A DNA stretch of 58,001 bases, counting the filler, from Sphacelaria rigidula (taxonomy: Eukaryota): NCBI GenBank assembly GCA_964200075.2. It is 4 parts of 4 records of this genome, joined end to end, with 100 filler letters (N's around TTAATTAATTAA, not from the genome) between each part and the next. Parts side by side here need not be neighbours in the genome. Positions count along the whole stretch, not along the records: positions 29,054 to 43,478 come from CAXNAA020002254.1; positions 43,579 to 58,001 come from CAXNAA020002255.1; 2 more parts are not named here. One strand, written 5' to 3'. This document shows, one piece after another, positions 38,113-52,200 of this stretch (positions within the stretch are counted from its first letter, which is position 1; the number at the start of each line of letters is the position of its first letter). The position numbers and the translations under genes are program-made. The notes beneath the pieces were generated by a model. It worked only from the letters and a program-made list of their open reading frames with translations, had not been told where the DNA came from and ran no database searches.

Positions 38113-40386
38113 GTGGTTCGCTCATTGAATACGGATTGGAAGCGGGAAATGCTTGTTCAAGCTCTAGCGGTCAGCTCTGAAGGAAACCCGTCACTGCGGA
38201 TTGCAACGCTGCAGCGCCTTGCACATGGTGAGAGCCACTTGTACGTACATGGGCACGACATTATTTTTGGCCTGAAGACATGAGCAGGTATACCTGAAGA
38301 CAACCAAAGTAGCACACTGTCATTTACAAATAAGTTCAGCCCAGACATGTTTTTTTAAAAAGCAAAGTTTCAAGTGAAACCAACCACGCAAGGAGTCGTG
38401 TATATTGCGCGTAAAACGCCTTGCACGTGATCGCCCACGTACCTTCACATCACCTAATCATGGTGAATACGGTGTACCTGCATACTTCGCATAATGTGTA
38501 TTGGCGGTTTGGTATCCTTCAAGCCGGTTGTTATGGCTGAGACGTCGAACATCTGTACCCTGGCTCCTGAAAAGTGTTCGCGGAACTCGACCTGACCCAA
38601 TCCACAATATACCAGCCCGCAGGTGGGTGCTAAGTTCCACGTTAGGAAGTGCGTTTCTGCAAGATCACCCTCAACCACGAGAGCTTCTGAAATGGACCAT
38701 GGCAGAGTATGCCGAACTCTTCAACGATGACGGTGAGCGAACCGTCGTTTCCTCGCGTTCCGAGGTACTGAGTTGATGGCTAGCTGGGTTTGTGGGCACC
38801 GGTATGCTACGTGCAGCTGTAAATGACTCCTCCAATTTCTCCTGCTCTTGTTCCGCCTTCCCTTCCGCTTGTTCCGCCTTCCCTCCCGCTTAACGTGAAG
38901 GAAGCAGCAAAGATTCAGTGAACCTGTGCGCTTTCTTAGTTGATGCAACGGACGTACTGAGATCATCCGCCTACACCGCAGTTTTGTCTCACGCCTGCGC
39001 GGCGCTCATGGCGTGCACAACGGAGGTCACACGCAGTGACGAGGCTCGTTGGCCGGCCGCTTCCGAAGTGAGTGTCGAGACGGCACAAAAGCGAGCCTAC
39101 GCGAACAATTGTTGGAGTGTTCTGCTCCGAATGCGCGATCAACGAAGGGCGACAGATTTTATAGCGGAGATGGCTGCCTTGGCGAGGACTGACACCCTCG
39201 TATTGGTGAGTTCATGCATCCGCAGACATGGTTGTTGCCAGCCCGGCTTTCTTCTCATCCCCTGCACGCAAGGGAAAACGCATGGCTCAACATCGTGTAA
39301 TGCCTGTCGCCTCATTATTTTTTCACCCCTTCGGCGAACCATTTTCGGCATGTATCACGTTGCATGTGTGCAGGAAGTCATGTGCTATTTACTGATTGAG
39401 CCGTGCAAGACCACCGCATGCACGGAGAGGGATATCTTCAGTGATGGGGTGCATGGAAAAGATCTTGATACGTATCAAAATGTATCGCATACTCTTCTGA
39501 GCCAGGTGTGATACCGCACCGCATCGGTTTGGTGGCGTGACAGAAGCATTGCTCGTCGCAGCCGGCACATTGACATTCTGTGCGGCGGGGGGCAGAAGAC
39601 ACCAGGTGTCTGTAGGCTGACCTCAACAAGAGAACCGAAACCCTGTTGCACGCTATTTGCCAAACACAGCTCAACCCGGGAAACATCGCATTGAGTAGCT
39701 GACGTGCATCGAAGTATTTCGATTGAGGGGACCCTGCTGAGTAGACATGAAAGGTCGATGATGACTCGAGATTTACGCAAACACAAACAAATCGGGCAGT
39801 ATTTTGTACAAGTGTGCTCTTCTCCTCCTCTCTGCGTGGCCTTTACTCGTCTTTGAATTCGTTCGAAAAACACGCTGAAGTTTCTTTGCAGAAAAAATTA
39901 GTTGGTCTCGTCCGCTGCCGCACGCTAGTTACCCTGAAAATATTACAATGCATAGACGCGCGTATGCAGTAATGAGCGTTTCGTCTTTGACGGGTTCCGT
40001 CACATGTTACGGAAGCGTGAAACCCTTAGTCGCCTGGTATTCCACACTGCTGACACGGCTGTGTCTTGCTGTCGATCCAGGTGCTCAACTTTCGCCACGA
40101 CTCTTGGCTTTGGGCTCTTGACGCATGGCTACTGGTGGAAGTCTCCCACAGTCATTTGTCCTTTGCTGATGCTTATTTGGCACAACTGCTTGGCCAGTTA
40201 TTTGAACACTCCAAACAAATTGGAAATGAATTCAATATCGGAAATCAAGCGTCGACCACGGGCCCACAAGCCTCCCAGCTAGAGGATGTAAAAATACGAC
40301 TACGGCGTTTGGCTTCGAGGAGCGAGCGACTTCGGAATCTCTGCGACGCGGCTCTTGCAAAAAGCGAAATCGAAGGGTTGACGTGA
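38113..40386 (+). CDS. Multi-exon hypothetical protein with short introns; exon set incomplete
   Basis: Phase-compatible exons 38623-38732 (|gtgagc), 38940-39205 (|gtgagt), 39374-39505; further exon-like blocks at 38113-38227 and 40081-40386 (terminal, helical-looking). No family recognised. Confidence 0.55.
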
Positions 40387-41437
40387 CCAGTGAAAGACGA
40401 AGAAGGCACATTAGGTGACTTCCTAGTAGGCGTTGTGTGGTGAAGAAAAACATATGAGGTCGCGAATAGTCATCAACCAAGGGTGATGAATTAATTGAAA
40501 TATTGCACATCGAGTCCCGAAAGTTGAAATTCGGTGGTATTGAGGTGGGCGGGCGGTTGAGGGTTGGTGATATACTGCGAAGGCCGTTCTACCCCCAAGA
40601 GTCTGAGATCTCCAGCACATAGCTGTATACCATCTCGCCCCTGACTCATGGAGATGGAGGTGTCCAAGCGTGCCAGCTCATCGTCGGAAGCCGCGCCGTT
40701 CGAGGACAAGGCGGCTGATCAAGTGCCATAGTGAGCAGCGTTAGAATAAAGACCGCCTTATGGTGTCCAACGAAGCAGCTTTTTGGATACCACAATTATT
40801 TTGTAGGATCTCTAACCATCCAGCACTACAGGAGTGAGGCACAAATTGTTGCGCCTATTGTAACAATCTGATTTTCGATATGTGTAACAATCTGTTATTC
40901 GATATAATGTGCGATTATTGTGTTCATGCGTAGTACAGCGCATAGTGTACAATTCTTTCCCTGATCCGCAGACCCCAGACCAGGCTGCTCTCGATTAATT
41001 TTGTGCCACCGTTGTTTCATTTATTTTTGTAAAAATAAATTGCTCTGCTTTGCATTGCGCTTCCAATTTTATTTCCCCTTGTTTGATGGAAAAAGAGCAT
41101 AATCGGCATACAGGTGAAAACACGGAAATAAGCACTTGAAATTCATGAAGTAGTATAAATCCACTGAAGCTCTCGCGTCTCGCACGCGTGAATAACACAC
41201 AGTCTATATGCATCACAAGAGCTCGGGTCAGGCGGTGTTTTAACGAAACAAGGAAAATGATAATCAATTCAGATGGTGATCGTAAAGTGACGCTTCACAA
41301 CTTGATCATCACGAGAAATCACGCGTCATTCTAATCTAGCAAGCTAGGGTGGGAAACAAGCGATACTGAGACGGTAAAACAGCACGCGAAAAGAACAGAG
41401 ACTTCAAGGAGGGCAGCAACCACGCGCAAGGGGGTAT

Positions 41438-42480
41438 GGATGTTGTCAAACGTCGAAACGCGGATCGCCTTCCGCAGGAGAAGGAGAAGAAGCAATAGCA
41501 GAAGTATCAGCAGCATCTTTACTGCCAGTAGATGTACACGGCACGCAAACAGATCACAGTCGATTACAAGTAGGGAGGAAGGAATAACGCGCCAGGTGCA
41601 TGGATGTCGCACGTCGAAACGCGGACCACCTCCCACACGAGAAGAAGGAGCAGCAGCAGCAGCAGCATCTTCACTGCTAATACATGTGTACGGTTGGGGG
41701 TGGGTCTAAATCAGCCGGTGTCGATGCTGCTCCTGCTGCTGCTGCTGCTCTTCGTAGATGGTCCACATTTCGACCGTGCGACAACACCCACGCATCTTGC
41801 GAGTGATAGCCACAGTGCTGGAATGCGCTGATCCGTATTACCCGCAAATGAGTCCATGCTTCCCCACTAGGCTAGATACTGGGAGATATAGCTGCGCGTA
41901 TCTCTCTGTGTGAGCTGTGTACGTCGGATGTGTCTCCCACGTTTGGCTACTGCTGGTGATGGGAATGAAGCCAGCGTCCAATACAGGGGGAAACAAATGA
42001 TTCGTACTGTGCTCGTACTAAAAATGCTATAGGGTCAACAACACGCAAACAGATCATAGTCCATTTTAAGTAGGGAGGAGGCAATAACGCGCCAGGTGCA
42101 TGGATATTGTCGCACGTCGAAACGCGGACCGCCTCCCGCACGAGAAGAAGAAGCGGCAGCAGTCTCAGCAACAGCATATTCATTGCCAGTACATGTGTAC
42201 GGTTGGGGGCCGGTCTGAATCAGCCGGTGCCGATGCTGCTCCTTCTGCTCCTGCTGCTCGTCATCGTAGATGGTCCGCGTTTCGACCGTGCAACACCACC
42301 AACGCACCTTGCGAGTGATAGTCACCGTACTGGACAGCGCTGGTACGTACTACCCGCCGATGGGTCCATGCTTGCTTACTCGGCGAAGTCCTGGGAGATA
42401 CAGCTGTGCGCATCTCTGTGGGAGCCGTGCACGTGGAGTGTGTCTCCCACGCGTGGTTACTGCTGGTGACGGCATCGAGC
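41438..42480 (+). repeat. ~500-bp tandem repeat, each unit with a long internal inverted repeat
   Basis: Units start at 41542 and 42042, with a partial unit at 41438. Arms GTCGCACGTCGAAACGCGGACC..(CAG)n / (CTG)n..GGTCCGCGTTTCGACCGTGC. Confidence 0.9.
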
Positions 42481-43159
42481 CCAGCATGGCTACTGCTAGT
42501 GCGATGAGATGCCAACCGTCTGTCTCATGAAGTTCTAAAAACACTGCTGGATTTCTGTGTTGTGTACACAGTACACACCCTTCCATGCAGTCTACCGTCG
42601 GTTCCAGCATACTCTAATAACACTGTTGGACTTCTGTATTGTGTTCAGTGTAATACTCCACTATGTATGAATGTTGATAGCACCGCGACTAGTTTAGGCG
42701 CCGTGCTCGTCCTGTGAGGATTCTTTTTTTTTTACGGGGAGTCGGGAAAGGCACGACACGGGTGTAATTCGTGCGCAAGAAACATGGCACGGGCACGTTT
42801 CATCTTGACTCCCACCGGCGGGGTACTATCATCTTCGGTTTTCAGAGCTCACGTCACATTAGTTCAATTCTTTCAGTACATGAGTTTTTATCTCCGACCC
42901 GTGGTCACGGGGTGCAAGGAACTAACCACCGATGACCATAAAACGAAGAGTCGACAGAGGATGTGTCTTTGCACAAAAAACTGTACACGAAAACAATCAC
43001 CCCGCCAAAACCGATCGAGCAACGAGGAACAAACACACTGCAAGCCAGAAAATTACCGGCGTGCGATCTAGACGACCGAATTGCCACCCCCTGCTCAAGG
43101 GCGGGTGAAAAAAATATCCCTGGACCAACACTCACTTTTTTCGATTTGGGCCCGATCCG

Positions 43160-43478
43160 GGGGGGGGGGGCGGAGGGGTCTGCTGGTTATCTTGCATTCG
43201 GATGAAAGCCTACAATGAGTTGCTTTATTTTCTGGTATGGCAACTCCCTGAGACAGCCACACCTCATACACTGCCTCATTGGCGCCTCACCATTGAAACA
43301 CTACGTGGTGCGAACATCCCTATTGTGCGGAGTTGAGGTTTTCCCACGCCGCACAAAATGATCTAGCTCGACTACCATCATGGTTACCGCAAAAAAAAAC
43401 GTAAGCGCGCCAACAAAACGGTAATCTGGTTACCTAGCTTCCGCAGTGAGTGACGTGTTTTATAGCGTCATCGCCAAG
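43160..43478 (+). mobile_element. Partial copy of the ~580-bp G-run-led element
   Basis: Matches 55555-55860; preceded by a G run; cut by the gap. Confidence 0.8.
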
Positions 43479-45353
43479 NNNNNNNNNNNNNNNNNNNNNN
43501 NNNNNNNNNNNNNNNNNNNNNNTTAATTAATTAANNNNNNNNNNNNNNNNNNNNNNNNNNNNNNNNNNNNNNNNNNNNTTTGAGTTGAACCTCATTTTTT
43601 TTTTCAACCCCATTTTCGAAAATCGGCTGTTACATGTTATTTTCGGCCCTAGCGCAATGGATAAGTGGAAATTAAGAAGAAGTGACGGTGATTTTTGTCA
43701 CGAAAGCAATCGGACTTGGTGCACTCCCCCCTTGTTTATGCAGAGCTCGGTTGGGCAACTTTGTAGTCTAGTATTTTTTCTGAAACTTCTCGTTCAACAT
43801 TCTTCCTTGGCACTCGAAAGTCCCAGCGTCAATGGATTTTGGGTGAAGAAGAAGGTCGTGCTTAGGACACCAGCGACGATAATTCTTATCGGGGTAATAC
43901 GGAGTAAGGACGTCGCTCATCGCGAGGATGTTGTCGACCGCCACTGGTCGAAATAACACTTTCTTTTCGGCTCTAGCGCCGTGAACTCGTAGAAATTCAA
44001 AGGAACATTCCTTGACGTTTGTTCACGAGAATCAACGGGGTTGCTTCAATTGAGCAAAAATACCCACGGGTCCGAATCTGGGGTTGGTTACTCGCAGGAC
44101 CCCCGAAAACCCGTCAGCCCATGAACACGTTCAGTATTGAGCGCAGGGATAATTTTGTTCCAGAATGTGGAGCGAATGCCTAGTGTCTCCCGATCCTCGA
44201 GCTTTGGGATCAAACTTTCACCGAGATGATCGGTGGCACGCGAAAACACTATCGAAAATTGCCGACGACGATAACTTACAAAAATCTCTTATTTTAGCTG
44301 TCAACTACTGTGTGGGAACGAACTGAGGTCAAAATTGTATATATTGAACCTAGCACCCGACAAACGTGCGTTGGAGGCAGCCTGTGGTGTCTGCCGCGCT
44401 TTTTATTCGCCAAAACGTGTAACATACGCCGGTTGTTTCACAAATTACCAGGTGACAATATATGATACATATTCCGTTTTACTTTTATTCATCCTTTCAG
44501 TGCCCACAAGTACGGTGTGATCGGCGTATGGGTCGCAACGAACCCGTCCGGTGCAGGTATTTTGCCGACACAATGTTGCACGCCTTGGTTCTGAGGTCTA
44601 GATCGAGTGTTTTGCAGAAGCAATCATGGGGCAAGGCGCACAGCACCTAGCAGCCGCGACACCCCGATGTTTCTGTGAACGACAGTCCGTGCGCCGTTGA
44701 CCATTTAGTAACGATGACGCAACAGTGGCTTTTTGCATGAAACCTCCGGAAAGCAGTGGACAAAGAAAGACTTGGCTGTGCATTCACTGAATTTACAATA
44801 CAGACGCTCCTGGTACTGTTTTCGCCGAGATGTCCGTCGAGAAACTGCACCGAGCCTCTCACGGTCGCATTACTTTTTGAATAACCGACAAATAGATGCC
44901 ATCATTATACACGACCTCCTCAGCTGCCTACTATCAACGGCCTGCAGCACAATTTCCAATATTTTCAACTTCGCCAACCGATCACACTGCACACCTCAGA
45001 TCACCCATCGCCTCCATTTAGGTGATTTTGTATTTACCTGCACGCCGCTGAATTTCAGCCCAATGGCACGCGCTCACGCAACTCAAGATGGATGCCGACA
45101 GCTCTATGAGTAGCACCCAAACCATTAATCGACCACTAACGTCGTCACTGTTTACACATTTTTCCCGACCACATTCGCCAGAAATACATCCTCGAGCAAA
45201 GGACATCTGCAACTTGCCGGTGCTTTCGATCAAACGGGGAGTACGACACGAAAACAATTTTACCCGCCAGGAGAATACCCTCGTCTTTCCGGTGGGCAAA
45301 GTGACACTCATGATTTCACCCCTGTTGTCCGCGACTCGATGGGATTATATTCT

Positions 45354-46226
45354 TTACCCTACTATAAAATCTTCAAGGTCCACAAATGCGTCCGCCCCAT
45401 TAACGTGCCCCTCGTCACTTTCGTGCAGCCATCCGTCGATCACTGTGTTACGGCTCCTGACTCGGGCGGCACGCCTGGATCCTTTCCTGCCTCGCCTTCC
45501 ACCCGACAAGAAGCCTGAAGCGAACGCCCCGCCATCACCAATATTTTCGTCGGCAGACGCATGACTATCTCGTTGGCTGCCAACGCTATCCTCGCTGTCC
45601 CTGTCCTCGTGGCTGTTGTCGCCTTCCTGCCCGCCATCAGCCACCGACTCCTGCCCACTCCTGCTGCTACGCCCCTGCCGTTGGGGCATACTTCCCGCGT
45701 TCGAAGCAACACCCGCACCCTCGCCGCCGCCGCTACCCCTGCCACGACTTGTACGCTTTTTACGCGCGCCAGTACTCCTGCAACCACTTCTTATACTGGC
45801 GGCCGAATCACGCCTGCTGGCGGCCAGGGTATCCGCCCCACGCACGAGAGCTCCCAGAACCCGCTCAAGCCTGTGGTCGCACGCGTTGTTCACCTTGGCG
45901 ATCTTGCACGCCCCGCCACCTGTTTCCCATCCCCCAACCGTGCGAACACCACCACTTCTGCTTTTGTCGCAGTCTTTCGCCCTGCTACTGCCGCCCTGTT
46001 TGATACCACTACTATTGCCGCCCGGTCGACGGCCGCCCACACCACCGGTCTTGCAATCGCGGGGATGGCTGCCGGACACCTTGTCTGCGCTGTCTTGCTC
46101 TCCGTGTGCGTCCAACTTTCCGCTATTGTCCATGCGCTGAAAGTTGTCGAGATATTCTCGGGCCTTCCTCGCGGCCTTGCCGATCTCTAGTTCACAGCGG
46201 TCCATCTTGAACAGCAAAGTAGACGC
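45354..46226 (-). CDS. Large gene, terminal exon
   Basis: ttcag| acceptor; ASTLLFKMDRCELEIGK...DLEDFIVG*. Confidence 0.85.
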   Translation of the reverse strand, partial: ASTLLFKMDRCELEIGKAARKAREYLDNFQRMDNSGKLDAHGEQDSADKVSGSHPRDCKTGGVGGRRPGGNSSGIKQGGSSRAKDCDKSRSGGVRTVGGWETGGGACKIAKVNNACDHRLERVLGALVRGADTLAASRRDSAASIRSGCRSTGARKKRTSRGRGSGGGEGAGVASNAGSMPQRQGRSSRSGQESVADGGQEGDNSHEDRDSEDSVGSQRDSHASADENIGDGGAFASGFLSGGRRGRKGSRRAARVRSRNTVIDGWLHESDEGHVNGADAFVDLEDFIVG

Positions 46227-49200
46227 CTGAATATTCGTTATTCGAAGACGATTCCCCAAGTAAAACCCGAAGGATGGCATTTTCATCGTTCATGTTGTGA
46301 AAACAAAAGGAACGGGAAGGAAAGCGAGGGGATCAGCAGGAGGAATACATAGCGCCTGATATTTCACATCTTATCCCAACGATGGGAGATACATAAATCA
46401 TCACCACCGTGTGGCAGAGGTTCCAACACATTTTCCGTCAGTGCGAAGTTGTGTGCGTGCTACTCGACATGTGTGCCATCACACGCGCGAACAGAAGGGC
46501 GGGGTCGCCGTCGTTTCTCGCAGTAGCCCTGCTCCAGTTATATGGCACCAGTGGTGACAAAGCCGCGGCACAAAAAGACAAAACATGGGGTAAAACAATT
46601 AGACGCCCAAAAAACATGCAAACACGGCGCCCCGCAGGACGGGGTCCTATAAAAACGTCAGCGAAAAAATACTTGCACAAGAAGATACGTACCACTCGAA
46701 AGCACCAAGTAGATTGAGAAAAATCGTCGGTCAAGTAGTAAGCGGGCCAGAGGAGGCCAAAAAGGACCAAGAAAGGGTACTGTAGGTCGGCATACCCAAC
46801 AAAGGCAAGGAGAAAACCAAATGACAGCAGAATCCAAGTAAAAGCCTACAAAATAAGTGGCATATAAAAAAAAGGGGTGAGGCGAGGTGAATACCCACGA
46901 TGGACGCTTCGGTGGACAGCCTGCGTCGAGGTTTGATCCAAGTTTAAGTTAAGCCAATAAAAGGCGCCAAAAATTAGCAAGTGACGAGAAGCTCTACTTC
47001 GATACGTGACACACGAGGGAAACGCTGCAGGGTGGTCTCAGCGAATGAGTCCCACAAACCTTGGGGAATTACTCGGACGAGGCTTCAGGGACAGTACCCT
47101 GAAATTTCCAAAACAGAATCCGATCAAGATTCATAAGGCACATCCCACCTCTGTTCTGGTTGTTTTTTTCCTGGGGTAATTAGGCCCATGTCTGACTGAA
47201 GATCGGGGGAGAAAATCGGCTCAGATTTTCCGAAGAATTCCAACACACGGCGGTGAATTCTTTGAAATTGTCGACACGCATTTATCCTCAGACTTGTACC
47301 CCTGATCCCGTCTCGCGCTAAATCCCCTCAGGTGGACCAAACTTGAAGCAACTACACACACGAGGTCGAATTTCTTTCGCCACAACGCCTGCTCGAGGCA
47401 TAGGGAAAAGTCGAGCATCTGCATAGAACAGGGTATAAAGGTTTTCCTTTGTTAATTCAGCTGCCGCCGGTTTGTTGTTCACCTATGGTTTGTGCTCGCT
47501 GTCATCAACTAGTACTCACGATCATGCGTGCCATAGCCATCAGACCATTGACCTCGCATCCCTACAAGGCCGGGACGGAGCACGCCGGATNNNNNNNNNN
47601 CAACAATGAGTTGCTTTATTCTGTGGTATCGCCACTTCCAGAGACAGCGACTAGTGAGGCGGGAACATGGTGCACGGTGTGCATGCATGTTTGAAAGCTA
47701 CAATGGTCGTGTTGCAGGCAGCGGCGGTAGCTCCGTCAGTATGGTGCCATGCCGTCGATATTCGAGTGGCATCTATGCTTTGAAAAGGCTGCAACAATTA
47801 TTCATCAGTCCGTAAGCCCGGTCGGGCCGGCACGAGCTGAGTCATACAGCCAGCCAAAAGCAGCTTGGGCTGTTGTGTTCGTTATTTACTGCATTGCATC
47901 ACCGAAGAGCCACAGGTCAAGACACCATTCTACAAACTCTACCGTTGTACGTGCACCGACAGTGTCGTGGCAACACTTCCCGAGAGCCAACACACCATGC
48001 CCTCGGAAACAAGCCCGCGCCTGCACTCGCACTGAGCAATGGAGGCTGGGAAGAAGTGCACAGAAGTCACGTTCCGAAACCTTGCTCGAGTTCGGCTTTG
48101 GCGCCAAGGCCCATCCCTCCCCATCCTCATAACAAACAAAAAGGCTACATATTGTCATCTTGATAGTCGGTTTACTGTCATCATCTAAATATCTAGAGTA
48201 AGACACCCTGTCGAAAATGTTGTTTGGCTTGACTGTTCACGGGAAAGCTGTACTGAAACGAGGGTTGGCGCTCAAGACGTTGCCTCTGAAAACTCGACTG
48301 AGATATTCGAGTTAGTTACGTTGCTAGGTAGTTGAAAACCTACACAATATCACAGATGTAGTCTGAAACATTTTTTGGGATATCACGACAGGAAAGGAAG
48401 AGGATTCTCAGTCCATCGAGTAAAGCCTATATCCATAGTTGGTTAATACCTTCCGACCGGCAATAAGTTGGGAGTCGAAACGGGGATAGTTATTCTCACG
48501 TTCGCAGTAGCACGAGAAATACTATGGTCCAGCTAAGGGAGCCAGAAGTCAGTGTCACTGTTTTCCCACACCAAAATCGTCCCAAACTGCCACCACGAGG
48601 CCGTATTTTGGCGCGCTGGCATAGTATATACTCTGTAGTATGCGACAAAGATCACCCAGAGGGCGCGGCGCAATTGGAAGTGGTATCGACAGATGGTACG
48701 AAACCTACGATGTACTCTAGGTTTCACTACCGATCTTGCTGTTAACGGCGGAGGTGCTCTTCTGCAGGCATCAAGTCAGACTTTGGTTTCAATATAACAA
48801 GCACTTCAACGGTGTCCGTCTGCAACGAGCAGGACGGCGTCAAAGCCAAATCACCTTCTTACGGCAGGGGTCATCGCCTGTCCGTCGGTCTTGCGCACGC
48901 TCCGCCTCGGCCCAGGCTCTGACTAGTGACATCAATTCCAGGCACTTGCTGGACGCCATAACCGCTGCAGGCAACACAGCCTCCAGTAGACGCCGGGTCG
49001 CCTCCGCCATGCTCCCTCCTTCTTCCATCCACCCCCCCGCCTCCCCAAGCCCCACGCGCGCTAACAACTGAACAATATGATCCGCAGCGCTGTCACCATT
49101 TTCCAAGCCTTTGCATCCCAAACTTTTTACATCATGGCTGATTACAACTCCTACACTCGCCTTGTTGTCGCCATTATTTACCTTTTCACACAGGATTTCG

Positions 49201-52200
49201 CTTCTGGTGGTCGGCGGAATCCGAGGAACCTCGGGGTGTTCCGCGGAATCTTTCCTCTCCTCCTCCACTGCTACCGCCCCCGTCGCAGCCAAAACCGGGG
49301 CACAACACCCTCCACTAACCCGTCTAGAAAGAGAGCGCGTTCTTGCCGCTCTCGTGGGTCGGCCTGTTCCCGCGGCTTGGTCCGCTGGTTTTACGACGCT
49401 TTCTTCTCGAGTGTCATGACGGCGTCGTTTGGACGGGGGCGGTGCCGAGGTAGCAGGGGTGGGCGAGGACGGGATAGGCACATGGTCTGCATCCGGGGCA
49501 GTAGGGGACTCGACTTCGGCGTCGTGCTTGAGTTCTGGCAATCGCTTTCCCGTCCATTGCACTGCCGTCGGCGGCGGCGGTGTTGTCAGCGCCGCAGACG
49601 CGACGAGCGACACAGCACGTCCTGTGAGATAGAAACGTTCGAGTGTTTGCATCAGGCGGAGCTTCACAGCCTCTGGGAGCGAAGTGACCACGGCCCGCCG
49701 GTCAGGCGCAGGAGTCTTCTTCATCTCCTCCCTTACAGCTTCGTCGGATGTGCATAGCTCGTCAGCTTTCCTCTTGGAAACTGATACGGCAGAGTATACC
49801 TCGTCAGCGGAAACTGTTGCGGCAAGGTTCGCCTCGTCGACACCAGGCAACTCTGCGGCGGCAGCGATGTTGTCATTTCCAATAGCATCAGCATGCCTGC
49901 TGCTACAACTCTCGCCGTGGTTCTGTGCTCGCAAAACGGTAACAGTCGATGTCGTGCACGATAGACCGGTGGAAGAAGTCGAGAAAAATTCTCGAAGAGC
50001 ACCGGCGACCACGCACAGTACTTCACTCACTTCCTCCTGGTCGAAGTAATCACCTCCGAGCGACGATGCACTGTCACTACCCCCCGGCAAAACGCCACTA
50101 CCTCGCCCCGGCATAGATCCACCGAAACTCCCCAACGAAGCGAGTAGAGCGGCTTCGTATGTTGCTACGGCTCTCGTGAGCACGGTATAGCACTCGCGTG
50201 GGCTGGCCATAATCACCGCTTCCGGTTGTGAGCTATACGCGCCATCAACGCTGTCGTCGTAATCCTCGGCCGTTTCGGTCTTGCAAGAAGCTTCTCGGAC
50301 GTTGTTGGTGCAGTTTCCGCCCTCAAACCGGCCGCCTCCGGTGCTCCGGCTGCCGTCGCGACCGCCGCCGCATCCTGCGCCGACCGCGGCTTCTTCGGCA
50401 GACTCTTCCTCGATGTCATGAGTAATATCAGCACTGCGGCGGGATCTGCCACGCCCGCCGCGGGCATTGCTACCGCCTTGCCGCTTACGAATCCATCGTA
50501 TAGAGTGAAGCAGCAATCTGGAGCTCCGATCTTGGGGTGGCTTGGGCACCATATGTCGAGCCACTGGGGCATTCTGGTTGCAGTGGCTGAGGCGGCGGCG
50601 CCCGAAGCGACGAACCCCAATACCCTCAAACTGGACGGCGCCGCGGATGAGCCTCTGGAACAAGGAGCTTTGTGTAATGCAATGGCACGTCAGGATTGAA
50701 AGCAAGACCTCGCCTGCGTCATGTACTGATCCTTGTTCGGTATTTTCGTCTTTGGCGCCGACCTTGGCATCATCGCTCGGAAACTGACCGGCGGCAGCCA
50801 CAACGACGGCTGCGGTCATTCGCGCTCCTTGTTGTCGTGCGCCCTGTGGAATACCGTCACCACCTTTAGCTCGACGCCGGTGCTCTAGCGCCGCATTTCC
50901 AAAAAGCTCGATCTGATCGAGGTAGGCCTGGCCAATGATACGCAGAGCGAGGTAGACAGTTTTGTCTCAAGCGCAAGAACAAAAAAATCTTGATATCCGC
51001 AATTTACGAACAGCGCAATGCGTCGCAAGTGCATTGCGCGTGTATATGAAGTCACGTTTGGGCGATATTGGACACCGGCACGGAATAGAGTGGGGGTTTT
51101 ACGACGTCAAGCTTTCCGTACCGAGAAATGCCCATATTTTCACACCGAAGTTCGACAGCCCTGCGCTCACACTGGATGAGTTTAATGCCTACCCACAGCC
51201 TGACTGTTGACTTTGTTGACCTCTGTGAAGTACCGTTGATCAAGCTGAAACTAATTAAACTCATCAATACATACAAACAAGGACCCGCCCCCCCCACTCC
51301 CCAGAAAAAGAACATGCCTGTGTGAGTTTGACGGAAAGCCCGTTCTCCAATGCTTCTCTTAGTTCCAGAGCGGTGTGACGACACAACATCCCAAGCCCCT
51401 CGCCCAATTCCTCTTCCTCCCTCTCTCTACCTTCCCCTGTTCGACAGCAGTCGCCATCGCCTTCGACTACACCTCCGTGGCTGTCGCTGGGGTTGCCACC
51501 GTCGTTTCCGCTTCCGCTCACGTAGCCTTCCGACCCCTGGCATTGTCCCGCGCGACGTCCGTCGGCTGCCGACCGTCGCCCCCTCGAGCGAAGAGGCCAC
51601 TTGATAATCGCGTTTGCACTGGCATTATCGCCGGCCGCGGCAGCCACCGCAATACGAGCGGATCCTGATCCAGTCTCGGGTTCCTCTCCGCCGCTGCCTC
51701 CATCATTACTGACAGCGGCACCAGCGGTATATGGTCGGCCTTCACCTATCTGTCTCCCGCTATGGGCAGCGAACGCCAGGTCTGAATCGGTGGCGAGTGC
51801 ACTGACGGTACGAGACGCCGCCAGCGCCGCTCTCACCACCCACAGCCTGCTAGTGCGAGTGGAGACTGGGCCACGCAAGAGAGCCAACACGGCCAGTCGC
51901 TCGGCTCGTAGCAGTTCCCCCCGGAGCCCACCAAACAAATCGATCGTTTCGTCTCGCAAGCCTTGTGGTATATCGGCACCACCAATCCCACATCCGCCCC
52001 GTTGTCCAATACCGTCCTCGCTCTCGTCGTAAAAAACGCATCGGCGGCGGCCTCTGCTGCGCTCCAGCCGCGGAGATGCACGCCTAGGAGCCACCAGGTC
52101 TGCTACTCCCCAGTCCAAGTGCGCTTTCCACCTCTGGCTCATGTGTTTCAAGAAGCCGGTCACCATAGCGCCCGGCGGTGGGCGGGGTGACAAACCCGAT

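Noticed and set aside
29054-41300. Endogenous giant-virus insertion
   Set aside because: No capsid, polymerase, primase or other viral hallmark was recognised, and coding density is low.
47190-47228. CTGAAGA...GAAA hammerhead-like motif
   Set aside because: Stem II is only 2 bp, there is no proper stem III or UH site, and it occurs once.
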